From Candidatus Aegiribacteria sp. (GTDB lineage Bacteria > Fermentibacterota > Fermentibacteria > Fermentibacterales > JCC-6): a stretch of DNA of 64,000 bases. This document shows, in pieces, positions 9,132-18,519 of the stretch. Location of the stretch: the NCBI GenBank assembly GCA_030594645.1, contig JAUVEU010000006.1:1921-65920 (forward strand), given 5' to 3'. The notes under the pieces are model-generated. The model ran no database searches. It saw only the letters and a program-made list of their open reading frames with translations, and was not told the origin of the DNA. The position numbers and the translations under genes are program-made. The stretch's first letter is position 1. The number at the start of each line of letters is the position of its first letter.

Positions 9132-10349
9132 ATGAAGAACATCACAGCGATCATATTGCTTATCTGCGGAATGGCCGTACTTCTCGCAGTGGCTTGTGGC
9201 GGGGGAGAGCCTGAGGAACAGGTTGAGACCGCCGTGGATACTTCGGGGGAAATTGAGGAGCAGGAAGAATCCGCTGAGACTCCCGCCGAGATCCCGGAAG
9301 GTGAAGGCGATACTGCCGCCGATGCTATTGTGCTGAATGAAGGCGTTACAGAGGGAGAACTCGAACCGGAAGAAACAGATGACTGGTACGTATTCAGCGT
9401 CAACGGTGGAGAAATCTTCAACGTGTCTTTTACGCCTTCGAATGAAGCTGAAGGAATCAATGTTGGAATACTTGATGGCGAACTGGACGACATACGGACA
9501 GAATGGGATGTAAAGCCGCCTGTCTGCAAGGAATTCAACTATATGACACCCGCGGAATTCTCAGGTGATTATTACATTCATGTATTCCAGGGAAGTCCCG
9601 GTGGTTACACACTGGAGCTTTCAAAGGTAATGCAGAACGACGGTCTTTCAGGTACTGATGCCGGCGGAAGAGCACCAGATGCGCTTGAGATCACATTGGG
9701 AGAGGCAGTGGGAGGTATTATAGGCGATCAGGATGAATCCGACTGGTATTCTTTTGAAGTTCCATCCGGCAGCATTCTTGAGATATCATTTACTCCAGGA
9801 TATGATTCTGAAGGCGCGAATGTCGAATTCCTTGATACTGAAATTGATAACATCTGGACTGAATGGGATATTCACGCGGGTGTGACAATAACAAGGTCGA
9901 TGCAGATGAGCAGTTCGTCAGGAGGCATCTATTACATCAGTGTATTTAAAGGTGCCAATGGAACGTACAGTTTAACGGTTACTGCCGTTTCTCAGGATGA
10001 TGCTGGAAGCGGTACTGATGCAGGAGACAGAGCTGTGGATGCTGCTGCGCTGGAAACAGGACAGCCAGCCTGCGGTATAATAGGTGATTATGACGAAAAA
10101 GACTGGTACAGCATTGAAGTTGCTGAGGGGCAGAACCTGATTTTCCTTGTCACTCCGGATGCGGAGGGAGAAAGCCTGAACGCGGAACTTTGCGACCCTG
10201 ATCAGAACGTAATCAAAACCGAATGGGACATTGCTCCGGGAATTTCCTGTGAATTCAATCTTCCTGATGACGCGGTGGCTGGAACTTACTATCTCAATAT
10301 TTTCAAGGGTGGAAACGGGAGTTATACCCTGCTGGCAGAAGAGATATAA
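9132..10349 (+). CDS. Lipoprotein with three tandem ~118-aa PPC-like (pre-peptidase C-terminal type) modules
   Basis: Lipobox LLAVAC|GG. Three repeats carry the conserved pattern GxIGDxDExDWYSxEV...FTP...TEWDI...YYxxxFKGxNGxYxL. Confidence 0.85.
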   Translation: MKNITAIILLICGMAVLLAVACGGGEPEEQVETAVDTSGEIEEQEESAETPAEIPEGEGDTAADAIVLNEGVTEGELEPEETDDWYVFSVNGGEIFNVSFTPSNEAEGINVGILDGELDDIRTEWDVKPPVCKEFNYMTPAEFSGDYYIHVFQGSPGGYTLELSKVMQNDGLSGTDAGGRAPDALEITLGEAVGGIIGDQDESDWYSFEVPSGSILEISFTPGYDSEGANVEFLDTEIDNIWTEWDIHAGVTITRSMQMSSSSGGIYYISVFKGANGTYSLTVTAVSQDDAGSGTDAGDRAVDAAALETGQPACGIIGDYDEKDWYSIEVAEGQNLIFLVTPDAEGESLNAELCDPDQNVIKTEWDIAPGISCEFNLPDDAVAGTYYLNIFKGGNGSYTLLAEEI

Positions 10350-10510
10350 AAGAAGAGAATCAGTAACTTATCTTATCAGGAATCGTTGAAAACTTGATTT
10401 CCCAACACACTGAAAACACCTCCTGACATGGTTCATTTGCCCACTGTACTTCGAGTATGGTTCCTGATCATCAATTTTCCGTTAGCAGTAAGTATTAGTA
10501 AAATGAGTTA

Positions 10511-10538
10511 TTGACATGCTTTACCCCTCCCCTATTAT
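10511..10538 (+). promoter_or_regulatory. Sigma-70-like promoter candidate for 10646..11848
   Basis: TTGACA (10511-16), 16-nt spacer, TATTAT (10533-38). Confidence 0.35.
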
Positions 10539-10645
10539 TTTTCATAGGATTCATTATCATGCATTATATAGTTTTTGAATCATTACATATTCCAATAAGG
10601 AGATTGATTTTCACTTGTTACTGATATCGTGAAAGAAGGATAAAT

Positions 10646-11848
10646 ATGCTTGTCAATATCATCAGCATGATCATGCTTGTTATCCCCCCTGAAATTACCT
10701 CTGAATCAGAGTGGACCTCACCTGATATCCGCATCGCTACGGAATGGAGTTTCAATGTCATAGACAGGATTGATCCGGTATACGGGCAGCTTGGAACAGT
10801 GTACGGTGTTGAATCGGAGGAAGGATTTGAGTGGCATACTGTTCTCGTTGACGAGGAGTACGTTCTTCTGCTTGAGAGTGATGCTGTAGTAAACAGTATT
10901 CCCTATTCCGGTGATATTTACAGATTGACATTTTCTCCGGACTGTCAGTATCTGCTCGGATACTGCTATTTTGATGAGAAGCTTATCCTCTTCGATCTTG
11001 CGGAGAGCACAGTCAAATCAATTCCTCTGTTCTCAAGTGAGATGGAGTTACCCGGGAATCCTCTCATCCGCGTAACTAACGATGGAACGGTACTTGTGAA
11101 ACATTACACTTATCTGAGGATGTACGATTCGGGTTTCAACTGCATTCTGTCCAGGGACAACTTCAATTGGGGACATGCTTTTGTAGGGCTATCAAATGCA
11201 GGAGACCAGTTCTACACAACTACCTACGACAGTCTGCGTGCATACGATATGCAGGGGAATCTTCTGTGGAACAGGGAATTATTCGAGCCCGATGATGAAC
11301 TATTGGTCCATGTAAGAAATTTCATGTTGTCTCATGATGGTGCCTATATCACTGTTTTAGATTTGTATAAACTTCAGATTATCAGCACTGATGATGGTGC
11401 TCAAATCGCAAGATTTGATTTTGAGGAAAGAGTACACGACCCTTCAATCAGTGAATCAGATTCCGTAATAGCTTTAAGCTACTTCACGGATACAAGTATT
11501 GGTGTCAAATTAATATCATTTGTTGATGGAAATTTCAAGCTTGATAAGTATCTTAGCATGAACGATCATAGAACTGTTTCTGAAATGCCAGTTCACCTTG
11601 TATCAGAATCCGTATCAGATAATGGTCATGTGCTGGCCATTCTACCATATCAACACAACACTAGACTCTTTGTTCGTATCGCTTTACTATCTCCATATAT
11701 TGATATAATATGGTTATCAAGCAGTTTGCATGATTCACATGCTGGATTTACCAGTTCCGATACTGGTTTCCGCAGCGATAATTCCGGCTTCTGGTACTTT
11801 GATGGTATCAGTATACACTCCTGCCTGATTGAGGAATATAATTTATAG
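10646..11848 (+). CDS. Hypothetical protein, possibly beta-propeller-like; AT-richer than its neighbours
   Basis: 400-aa ORF with a gaagga SD. It has a hydrophobic N-terminus and repeated beta-strand-rich segments (YRLTFSPDCQYLLGY, LSHDGAYITVLD). I recognise no family. Confidence 0.6.
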   Translation: MLVNIISMIMLVIPPEITSESEWTSPDIRIATEWSFNVIDRIDPVYGQLGTVYGVESEEGFEWHTVLVDEEYVLLLESDAVVNSIPYSGDIYRLTFSPDCQYLLGYCYFDEKLILFDLAESTVKSIPLFSSEMELPGNPLIRVTNDGTVLVKHYTYLRMYDSGFNCILSRDNFNWGHAFVGLSNAGDQFYTTTYDSLRAYDMQGNLLWNRELFEPDDELLVHVRNFMLSHDGAYITVLDLYKLQIISTDDGAQIARFDFEERVHDPSISESDSVIALSYFTDTSIGVKLISFVDGNFKLDKYLSMNDHRTVSEMPVHLVSESVSDNGHVLAILPYQHNTRLFVRIALLSPYIDIIWLSSSLHDSHAGFTSSDTGFRSDNSGFWYFDGISIHSCLIEEYNL

Positions 11849-11975
11849 GACCGTACATCACTTGCGACACTTGCATGTCACCCTCATCTGTCAATGACAT
11901 TAATGCCCGGCATTCACGGTTAAATATCCTTTCGGTAGATGAGAAATGTAGAGAATAAATAACTATTCCTAATGA

Positions 11976-12003
11976 TTGACTTTACCTGAATAATTCTTAT
12001 CAT
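11976..12003 (+). promoter_or_regulatory. Sigma-70-like promoter candidate for the metK leader
   Basis: TTGACT (11976-81), 16-nt spacer, TATCAT (11998-12003). The predicted TSS is just before the leader stem at 12011. Confidence 0.35.
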
Positions 12004-12010
12004 TAAGCTG

Positions 12011-12101
12011 CGTGGAATGATTTGAGGTCTATTGCAACCACGTTAAAAAAAGTGCTAAAAAGCCGATAGCAACCTCAAGCCGCCGGCAGGCGGCTATTTT
12101 T
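12011..12101 (+). promoter_or_regulatory. Structured metK 5' leader ending in an intrinsic terminator; candidate SAM-responsive riboswitch (class not assignable by eye)
   Basis: Stem cgtgg (12011-15) / ccacg (12038-42). The loop strand ttgaggt (12022-28) can pair with acctcaa (12072-78), which abuts the terminator stem. The string AUUGCAACC...AAAGUGCUAAAAA recalls SAM-II/V consensus as I remember it. Confidence 0.4.
12079..12101 (+). terminator. Intrinsic terminator inside the metK leader
   Basis: gccgcc-ggca-ggcggc stem-loop followed by tattttt, 33 nt before the metK ATG. Confidence 0.6.
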
Positions 12102-12133
12102 CTTCGGCTGTCAGATTGGAAGGGTTTATAGTC

Positions 12134-13291
12134 ATGGGAAGACTGTTTACCAGCGAATCCGTTTCCGAGGGTCATCCGGATAAAATATGTGACCAGATAT
12201 CAGATGCAGTTCTTGACGCGCACCTTGCCGTTGATCCAAATGCTCATGTGGCCTGTGAAACTCTCGTAACCACAAATTTCTGCCTGCTGGCGGGTGAAGT
12301 GAAGAGCCATGCGTCGGTGGATTATGAAAAAGTCGCCAGAGATACTATCAAGTCCATTGGCTACGATCAACCTGATCTGGGTTTTCATTATGATGAAAAC
12401 ACATATAAAATCAGGATACACTCTCAGTCTCCGGACATAGACCATGGTGTTGTGGACAACAAGGGAGCCGGAGATCAGGGATTGATGTTCGGATTTGCCT
12501 GCTGCGAGACCGAAGTACATATGCCTTACCCGATACAGCTTGCTCACCGGCTTCTTGAAAAACTCAGAGAAATACGTCTGGCAGGAAAACTGCAATGGGC
12601 GCGACCCGACGCCAAAAGCCAGGTAACTGTTAAATATGAGGGTTTCACGCCTGTATCCATTGATGAGATTCTACTCTCGGTACACCATGCTCCGGATGCG
12701 GGAACCGAAGATATGATTGAAGACATTCGCAACAAAGTAGTTTCCCCTGTTCTTGAGCTGTGCAAACCGCATCTTCAATGGACAGGTAAACTCCTTTTCA
12801 ACCCCTCAGGCAGATTTGCCATAGGCGGGCCGCACGGTGATACCGGCCTTACCGGCAGGAAGATCATTGTCGATACATACGGTGGCACAGGGCGTCACGG
12901 AGGCGGAGCTTTTTCAGGCAAGGATTCCACAAAAGTAGATCGCTCCGCAGCATATATGGCCCGTTACATCGCCAAAAATCTTGTTGAAGCCGGGATTGCT
13001 GAAAGATGCGAGATACAGCTTGCCTACGCAATAGGCCAGGCAGAACCGGTTTCTGTTATGGTAGAGACATTCGGAACGGAAAAAGTCTCCGATATCTCTG
13101 CGGTGGAGACTGCGATAAGAGACATTTTCCCTCTGCAGCCGTATGACATAATAGACTACCTTGGACTGAAAAACCCTGTTTTCAGAAAGACTTCATCTTT
13201 TGGCCATTTTGGCAGAGAACCGGGACACGATGGAGCATTCTCATGGGAGAAGACCGATCGGATTGAGGAGATCGCATCCAGACTTCTTTAG
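12134..13291 (+). CDS. metK: S-adenosylmethionine synthetase
   Basis: MGRLFTSESVSEGHPDKICDQISDAVLD, GAGDQGLMFGFA and GGGAFSGKD motifs. The ATG at 12134 is preferred over the track's TTG at 12116. Confidence 0.97.
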   Translation: MGRLFTSESVSEGHPDKICDQISDAVLDAHLAVDPNAHVACETLVTTNFCLLAGEVKSHASVDYEKVARDTIKSIGYDQPDLGFHYDENTYKIRIHSQSPDIDHGVVDNKGAGDQGLMFGFACCETEVHMPYPIQLAHRLLEKLREIRLAGKLQWARPDAKSQVTVKYEGFTPVSIDEILLSVHHAPDAGTEDMIEDIRNKVVSPVLELCKPHLQWTGKLLFNPSGRFAIGGPHGDTGLTGRKIIVDTYGGTGRHGGGAFSGKDSTKVDRSAAYMARYIAKNLVEAGIAERCEIQLAYAIGQAEPVSVMVETFGTEKVSDISAVETAIRDIFPLQPYDIIDYLGLKNPVFRKTSSFGHFGREPGHDGAFSWEKTDRIEEIASRLL

Positions 13292-13338
13292 CAGGTTAAC
13301 GGCAGGCAGTATATCCACAGAGTTGACGGGAGGAATCA

Positions 13339-14454
13339 GTGACAGTTCTGATGTTTATTGCCTGTATCATTACCGCAGGCTCTCTCGACAGTTTAGATAC
13401 ATGTCTTCGTGAAACCCAGGCGCATATTTCGCAACTGGAAGATGAAGAAGCAGCAATATCAACAATACTTGATGCCATACACGAGCACCTTACCATTTCA
13501 AGGGATTATTACAATGAGCTGGCCCTTGAGGAATCCAGGATACTCCAGCAGCTTTCCAGGGTTTCAGGGGTATTTACATCTGAGGATTCCCTCCGCGGGG
13601 AACTTGTTGAAAGTCTTTCCTCTTACCTGCTCTACCTGTACTCTCACAGGAATCTGAGAGGGATTGGATATTTCTTTGTAGAGGGGGGATTCACCAGAAT
13701 GCTGCGCCGCCAGGCCTATATTGATTATCTTGCGTCCAGGGCCGCGAACGAAGTGTTCATGCTCTCCACCAGTCAGGACTCAATGGGGAGCTGCAGGGAC
13801 TCTCTGGAGATTCTTCTGGTCGAGGTACAGGAACTCAGGAAACAGATGGAAGAATTGCAGGATGGGATCTACGATGAGGAAGCCCGTCAGGCATCAATCA
13901 GGAATCAGCTGATGGGCAGGATAGCAGCCGAGAAGGAATCACTTGCCGTTCTCGAGGACAGAAGGATCAGCAGGGCGGAATTCGTGACCCAGCTCAGTGT
14001 CCGGTCAACTCCTGCAGCTTCAGGAACCCTTTTTCTGGAACCAGAATCTGACAGCTATATGGAATCCATGAAAGGGAATATCAGCTGGCCTGCCACAGGA
14101 CAGGTTGTAAGAGCATTTGGAATTCAAACTCATCGGGAGTATGGAACCCAGACAACCAGCGATGGTATTACAGTTGTCACTCCTCCCGGACAGCTGGTGT
14201 ATTCATCAGCTGAAGGCGTTGTACTCTGGGCCAGGGAATACCTGAGTCTTGGACAGATGATCCTACTTGATCATCGGGACGGATATTACACGATTTATGG
14301 ATATCTTGGACAGATTCAGGTGAATCTTGGAGATGAAATTCTGAACGGATCGCAGATCGGGAAAACGGGATCAATTCCCGGTGGGCAGCCTGGATATTAC
14401 TTTGAGATTAGAAGAGGCGGCGTGCCAGTTAACCCTGAGGAGTACCTGGAATAG
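13339..14454 (+). CDS. EnvC-like murein hydrolase activator (coiled coil plus degenerate M23/LytM domain)
   Basis: N-terminal anchor followed by a long coiled coil. The C-terminal LytM fold (LLDHRDGYYTIYGYL, YYFEIRRGGVPVNP) has the catalytic His positions replaced (SDGITV, YGYL, YYFEIR). Confidence 0.8.
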   Translation: MTVLMFIACIITAGSLDSLDTCLRETQAHISQLEDEEAAISTILDAIHEHLTISRDYYNELALEESRILQQLSRVSGVFTSEDSLRGELVESLSSYLLYLYSHRNLRGIGYFFVEGGFTRMLRRQAYIDYLASRAANEVFMLSTSQDSMGSCRDSLEILLVEVQELRKQMEELQDGIYDEEARQASIRNQLMGRIAAEKESLAVLEDRRISRAEFVTQLSVRSTPAASGTLFLEPESDSYMESMKGNISWPATGQVVRAFGIQTHREYGTQTTSDGITVVTPPGQLVYSSAEGVVLWAREYLSLGQMILLDHRDGYYTIYGYLGQIQVNLGDEILNGSQIGKTGSIPGGQPGYYFEIRRGGVPVNPEEYLE

Positions 14455-14456
14455 AA

Positions 14457-15551
14457 ATGAGTATTTTCAGAATAGTGAAAGGACAGGAACAGGCCTCTGA
14501 ACTGCTTGGAAGGTCAATGATGAAGAACAGGCTTGCTCATGCCTATCTTTTCGCCGGTCCTGAGGGAGTGGGAAAACTTACAGCGGCTCTTGAACTTGCT
14601 GCTTCATGGATGTGTTCCGTTGCGGATTCAGGTTACTGCGGGACATGTAATGACTGCACGAGAGTATTCAGATTCCAGCATCCGGATGTGAGATTAACGA
14701 TTCCTCAATTGGAGAAAACAGAACCGGAGGACATCGCATCCCTTTTTCAGGAAAGGGCAGATAATGGAATCAGCCCGCTCCGGGTTCACGGAAACAGCAG
14801 GATCAAAATTGATCAGATACGTGAGATGGGAAGAAGACTGTCCCGCAAATCCTTCGAAAATAAAGGCCATATTGAGATCATTGTAGACTCGGATAGAATG
14901 GGAGTTGAAGCTGCTAATTCACTTCTTAAAACGCTTGAGGAACCACCTGATGACACGGTTATTATCCTGATAAGTTCCGCCTGGTCTGCCCTTCTTCCAA
15001 CAATCAGATCCCGGGCTCACCTCATTAGATTCAGAAGACTGAGTGAAAATCTGATAGTGGATATCCTGATGGACAGGAAAGGAATGAATAGAGAGACGGC
15101 AGCAGAGGCAGCAATAGCTTCAGATGGAAGACCTGGAGTTGCCCTGATTCGTGAAAGCAAAAATACGTCCCTCACCGCGAATTACGATCCACTGAAGGTT
15201 CTGGGTCAAATAGTTGACAAAACCATGGCTTCACCGGTAATTTCAATAGCTGTGGAGGTTTCACAGAAGCTTGGCAAGGAGGGGTCTTTGGAATTCACTA
15301 TAGAAATGCAGTCCATACTTCTTGATCTCAGACGCAGATCCATGGAAATGAAACCTCTTACCCATACTGATAAGTATTTCAGCGGTATCGATATGAATGA
15401 TGATGAAGCTGAGAACCTGCTTCCGGTATTTCAGACCGCTGAAACCAGGCTTCGAGGAAATGGAGTTCCCCGAATAGTACTTACAGCCGCATTCCTGAGT
15501 ACATTGAAAATACTGAAGCGACGGGAAAGGACCCGGTATCTTGAGCAATAA
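14457..15551 (+). CDS. holB: DNA polymerase III delta' subunit
   Basis: LAHAYLFAGPEGVGKLTAALELA, Zn module CGTCNDC, and LLKTLEEPP. Confidence 0.85.
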   Translation: MSIFRIVKGQEQASELLGRSMMKNRLAHAYLFAGPEGVGKLTAALELAASWMCSVADSGYCGTCNDCTRVFRFQHPDVRLTIPQLEKTEPEDIASLFQERADNGISPLRVHGNSRIKIDQIREMGRRLSRKSFENKGHIEIIVDSDRMGVEAANSLLKTLEEPPDDTVIILISSAWSALLPTIRSRAHLIRFRRLSENLIVDILMDRKGMNRETAAEAAIASDGRPGVALIRESKNTSLTANYDPLKVLGQIVDKTMASPVISIAVEVSQKLGKEGSLEFTIEMQSILLDLRRRSMEMKPLTHTDKYFSGIDMNDDEAENLLPVFQTAETRLRGNGVPRIVLTAAFLSTLKILKRRERTRYLEQ

Positions 15552-16458
15552 TGGCAACAGCAACGATAATCACACTGATGATTTCGAATCAATCAGATTT
15601 GAAGCGACCGAACTCCTGAGGCTTCAATTCAGCTCTAAACGCCTGGATACATTCATTAATCTGGCTGAGGTTCCTGTTGAGATAGGAGAAATGGTTGTTG
15701 TTTCCGTTGACAGGGGAGAAGATCTCGGACGAGTTGTTGCAAAGTATAATCCCAGGGATCCTGTTGCTTCAATTACAGGTAAGTTCATTAGAAAAGCTAC
15801 CTTTACCGATATCGCGAATTATGAACAGAACAGGGATTTCGAGAATAAAGTGCTGAGGTTCTGCAGGGAAAGAATTTCGGTGAGGAAACAGGATATGCGG
15901 CTTTCGAGCTGCGAGGTTCAACTGGATAGACGGAAAATCAGAATATATTTCACCGCTGATGAGCGGATGGATTTCAGAGGGCTTGTTCGTGATCTTGCAA
16001 GCAAATTTCACGCAAGGATTGAAATGCGTCAGATCGGGGTAAGAGACGACGCAAGGCAGAAAGATGGTCGGGGAGTCTGCGGCCAGAGGCTCTGCTGCGC
16101 ATCCTACCTTTCACAATTCAGATCCATCACCCTCAGGGATGTTCGTGAACAGGATCTGACTCCCAATCCTTCGAAAGTTTCCGGAGTCTGCGGCCGTCTG
16201 AAGTGCTGCCTGCATTTTGAGTCGGATTTTTACCGAAAAGCAAGAAAACTGTACCCTCAGGTTGGTTCAAAAGCCAGATTAGGAAAAAGAACAGGGGAGA
16301 TTATTTCAGTTGATATATTCAGAGAAACAGTAACGCTTCGAATGGATGACGATGAAGAGAGAACAATGGACATAGAGAAGTTCCACAGAAAAAGAAAACC
16401 TCTTAAAAAAGAATATGATTCTGAAAAGAAATCTTCCGACACACCGGGCGGAAACTGA
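15541..16458 (+). CDS. PSP1-domain protein (YaaT/RicT-like), TTG start uncertain
   Basis: VVSVDRGEDLGRVV...IYFTADERMDFRGLVRDLASKFHARIEMRQIG matches PSP1 C-terminal domain proteins. Its position after holB matches Bacillus holB-yaaT. Confidence 0.85.
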   Translation: MSNNGNSNDNHTDDFESIRFEATELLRLQFSSKRLDTFINLAEVPVEIGEMVVVSVDRGEDLGRVVAKYNPRDPVASITGKFIRKATFTDIANYEQNRDFENKVLRFCRERISVRKQDMRLSSCEVQLDRRKIRIYFTADERMDFRGLVRDLASKFHARIEMRQIGVRDDARQKDGRGVCGQRLCCASYLSQFRSITLRDVREQDLTPNPSKVSGVCGRLKCCLHFESDFYRKARKLYPQVGSKARLGKRTGEIISVDIFRETVTLRMDDDEERTMDIEKFHRKRKPLKKEYDSEKKSSDTPGGN

Positions 16459-16481
16459 AGCCCCTTGAAAATGGAGAAGAA

Positions 16482-18500
16482 ATGCCCCGATATCTCGTAA
16501 CAAGCGCATTACCCTATGCAAATGGTCCCACTCACCTTGGTCAGATTGCCGGAGCATATCTGCCTGCGGACATTTATGTCCGTTTTCTTAGAATGTGCGA
16601 AGAGGACGTTATCTTCATTTGCGGCACTGACGAGCACGGGGTTCCGATAACGCTGAAAGCCGAACAGATGGGTATAACTCCCAGAGAAGTGGTTGACATA
16701 TTTCACGAAGAGATCAAAAGTGATTTTGAGAGATTGGGAATATCCTTTGACAATTTCTCCAGAACGGAGACACCTGAACACTACCGCTTCACACAGGGAG
16801 TATTTCTGGATCTTCTCGAAAAAGGACACATCACTGAAAAACCCATGGAGCAGTTCTACTGTGAGAAATGTAAACGCTATCTTCCTGATAGATACGTGAA
16901 CGGCACCTGTCCCGAGTGCGGTTCCATGAACGCTCGCGGAGATCAGTGCGATGACTGCGGCACATGGCTTGACGCTCTGGATCTGGTGGATCCTGTGTGC
17001 GCCATATGCGGAGCCACACCGGTTCCAAGAGAAACAAGACAATGGTTCCTCAGACTGGATCAATTCCAGGGCTGGCTGGAAACCTGGCTTGGGAACCACG
17101 GGGACTGGAAGAACAATGTACTGAACTACTGTCGCGGATGGCTTAAGAAAGGTCTGCGGGAAAGAGCGATAACCCGTGACCTCGACTGGGGTGTGCCTGT
17201 TCCCCTTGATGGAGTTAAGGGAAAAGTGCTCTACGTCTGGTTCGAGGCACTTCTGGGCTATGTCAGCAGCACTATGGAGTACTTCGCTGATAAGGGGAAT
17301 CCGGACGGATGGAAAGATTACTGGCAGAATCCTGATTGCCGCCTTGTTCAGTTCATAGGCAAGGACAACATCGTTTTCCATGCTATAATCGAGCCCTCGG
17401 TTCTTCATGGCCTGGATGGTTTTATCCTCCCATGGAATATTCCTGCCAACGAGTATCTGAACATCAAAGGAGAAAAATTCTCTACAAGCCGGGGAACGGC
17501 ACTCTGGACGAAAGATTACCTTGATCACCTGCCTCCTGACCCACTCAGATACACGCTTGCGATTAATGCTCCTGAAAACCGTGATGCTGATTTTACATGG
17601 GGTGAATTTAGATCCAAGAACAACGAGCTTGCCGATGTTTTCGGCAATTTCATAAACAGGACAATGAAATTTGCTCACCTGTATTTCGATGGAAAAGTAC
17701 CTGAACCTGCCCGGGCAGGGAGTGTTGAAGAGGAACTTATGGCATCAGCTGTCAGAACACGGGACGAGGCGGAAAAGCAGCTGAGGAACTTCCAGTTGAA
17801 GGCAGCGTGTTCGAGGATTATGGATCTTGCCAGAGAGGGAAACAGGTATTTTGATCAGGCCCAGCCCTGGAAGACAGCTAAAAGTGATCCTCAGGCGTGT
17901 GCTACATCCATCTATTACAGTCTTCAGATTGCGGATTCACTCAGAATTCTCCTTGCTCCGTTCATACCTTTCACATCTGAGAAAACGGGCAAAATGCTTG
18001 GAAACGGTTCTTTGCTCTGGAAAGACGCAGGCAGAGAAAATCTTCCGGCCGGGCATCAGCTCGGAACTCCTGAGATTCTTTTGAACAAGTTGAAGAAAGG
18101 GTTCGAGAAAGTAATGATCAAAGGGGGAATTGACGACGGCATCGATGACAGTAACTCCACTGAAGTCTCGATCAAGGAAATCATATCTTACGACGAGTTC
18201 TCGAAGCTTGATATGAGAGTCGGGCTTTTAACGGAAGTTTACGATATTGAAGGAGCTGACAAATTGTACAGGCTGATTGCGGATATGGGTGATCATACCC
18301 GTCAGCTTGTGGCCGGAATGAAACCATACTATTCTAAAGAGGAGCTTCTCAACAGAAAAGTCATTGTTCTGGTCAATCTGCAGCCTGTTTCAATCAGGGG
18401 TGTAAAAAGCAACGGTATGGTTCTGGCATCCGACGGTGGAGGGAAGGTATTCCTGCTTGAACCGGGAAGCGATTCCATGCCGGGTGACAGCATCAGCTGA
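16482..18500 (+). CDS. metG: Methionyl-tRNA synthetase with C-terminal tRNA-binding (EMAP-like) domain
   Basis: TSALPYANGPTHLGQ (HIGH-type), Zn knuckles CPECG/CDDCG, KFSTSRG (KMSKS-type), and a C-terminal OB domain. Confidence 0.97.
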   Translation: MPRYLVTSALPYANGPTHLGQIAGAYLPADIYVRFLRMCEEDVIFICGTDEHGVPITLKAEQMGITPREVVDIFHEEIKSDFERLGISFDNFSRTETPEHYRFTQGVFLDLLEKGHITEKPMEQFYCEKCKRYLPDRYVNGTCPECGSMNARGDQCDDCGTWLDALDLVDPVCAICGATPVPRETRQWFLRLDQFQGWLETWLGNHGDWKNNVLNYCRGWLKKGLRERAITRDLDWGVPVPLDGVKGKVLYVWFEALLGYVSSTMEYFADKGNPDGWKDYWQNPDCRLVQFIGKDNIVFHAIIEPSVLHGLDGFILPWNIPANEYLNIKGEKFSTSRGTALWTKDYLDHLPPDPLRYTLAINAPENRDADFTWGEFRSKNNELADVFGNFINRTMKFAHLYFDGKVPEPARAGSVEEELMASAVRTRDEAEKQLRNFQLKAACSRIMDLAREGNRYFDQAQPWKTAKSDPQACATSIYYSLQIADSLRILLAPFIPFTSEKTGKMLGNGSLLWKDAGRENLPAGHQLGTPEILLNKLKKGFEKVMIKGGIDDGIDDSNSTEVSIKEIISYDEFSKLDMRVGLLTEVYDIEGADKLYRLIADMGDHTRQLVAGMKPYYSKEELLNRKVIVLVNLQPVSIRGVKSNGMVLASDGGGKVFLLEPGSDSMPGDSIS

Positions 18501-18519
18501 GATGTAAATAAGGTTATCT

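Noticed and set aside
9098-9538. 146-aa Ser-rich minus-strand ORF
   Set aside because: It is antisense to the acidic N-terminal region of the repeat lipoprotein. GAA/GAG-rich sense codons produce Ser/Phe-rich antisense frames. The Ser-rich ORFs at 2373..2717, 50741..50977 and 58095..58622 have the same explanation.
11168-11177. ggggacatgc inside the 10646..11848 coding region, plus similar ggggaca strings at about 8528, 20875, 39541, 52723 and 61990
   Set aside because: They are single arms with no complementary tgtcccc partner nearby, and each sits in frame within a coding sequence. I treat them as chance occurrences, not REP copies.
12116-12133. TTG start for metK given by the ORF track
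   Set aside because: The ATG at 12134 gives the conserved MGRLFTSESVSEGHPDK N-terminus and is preceded by a ggaagg SD. The TTG would begin only 15 nt after the leader terminator.
16509-17678. 389-aa minus-strand ORF
   Set aside because: It lies entirely antisense to metG, whose plus-strand product has HIGH/KMSKS-type motifs and zinc knuckles. It is the same antisense-frame artefact.
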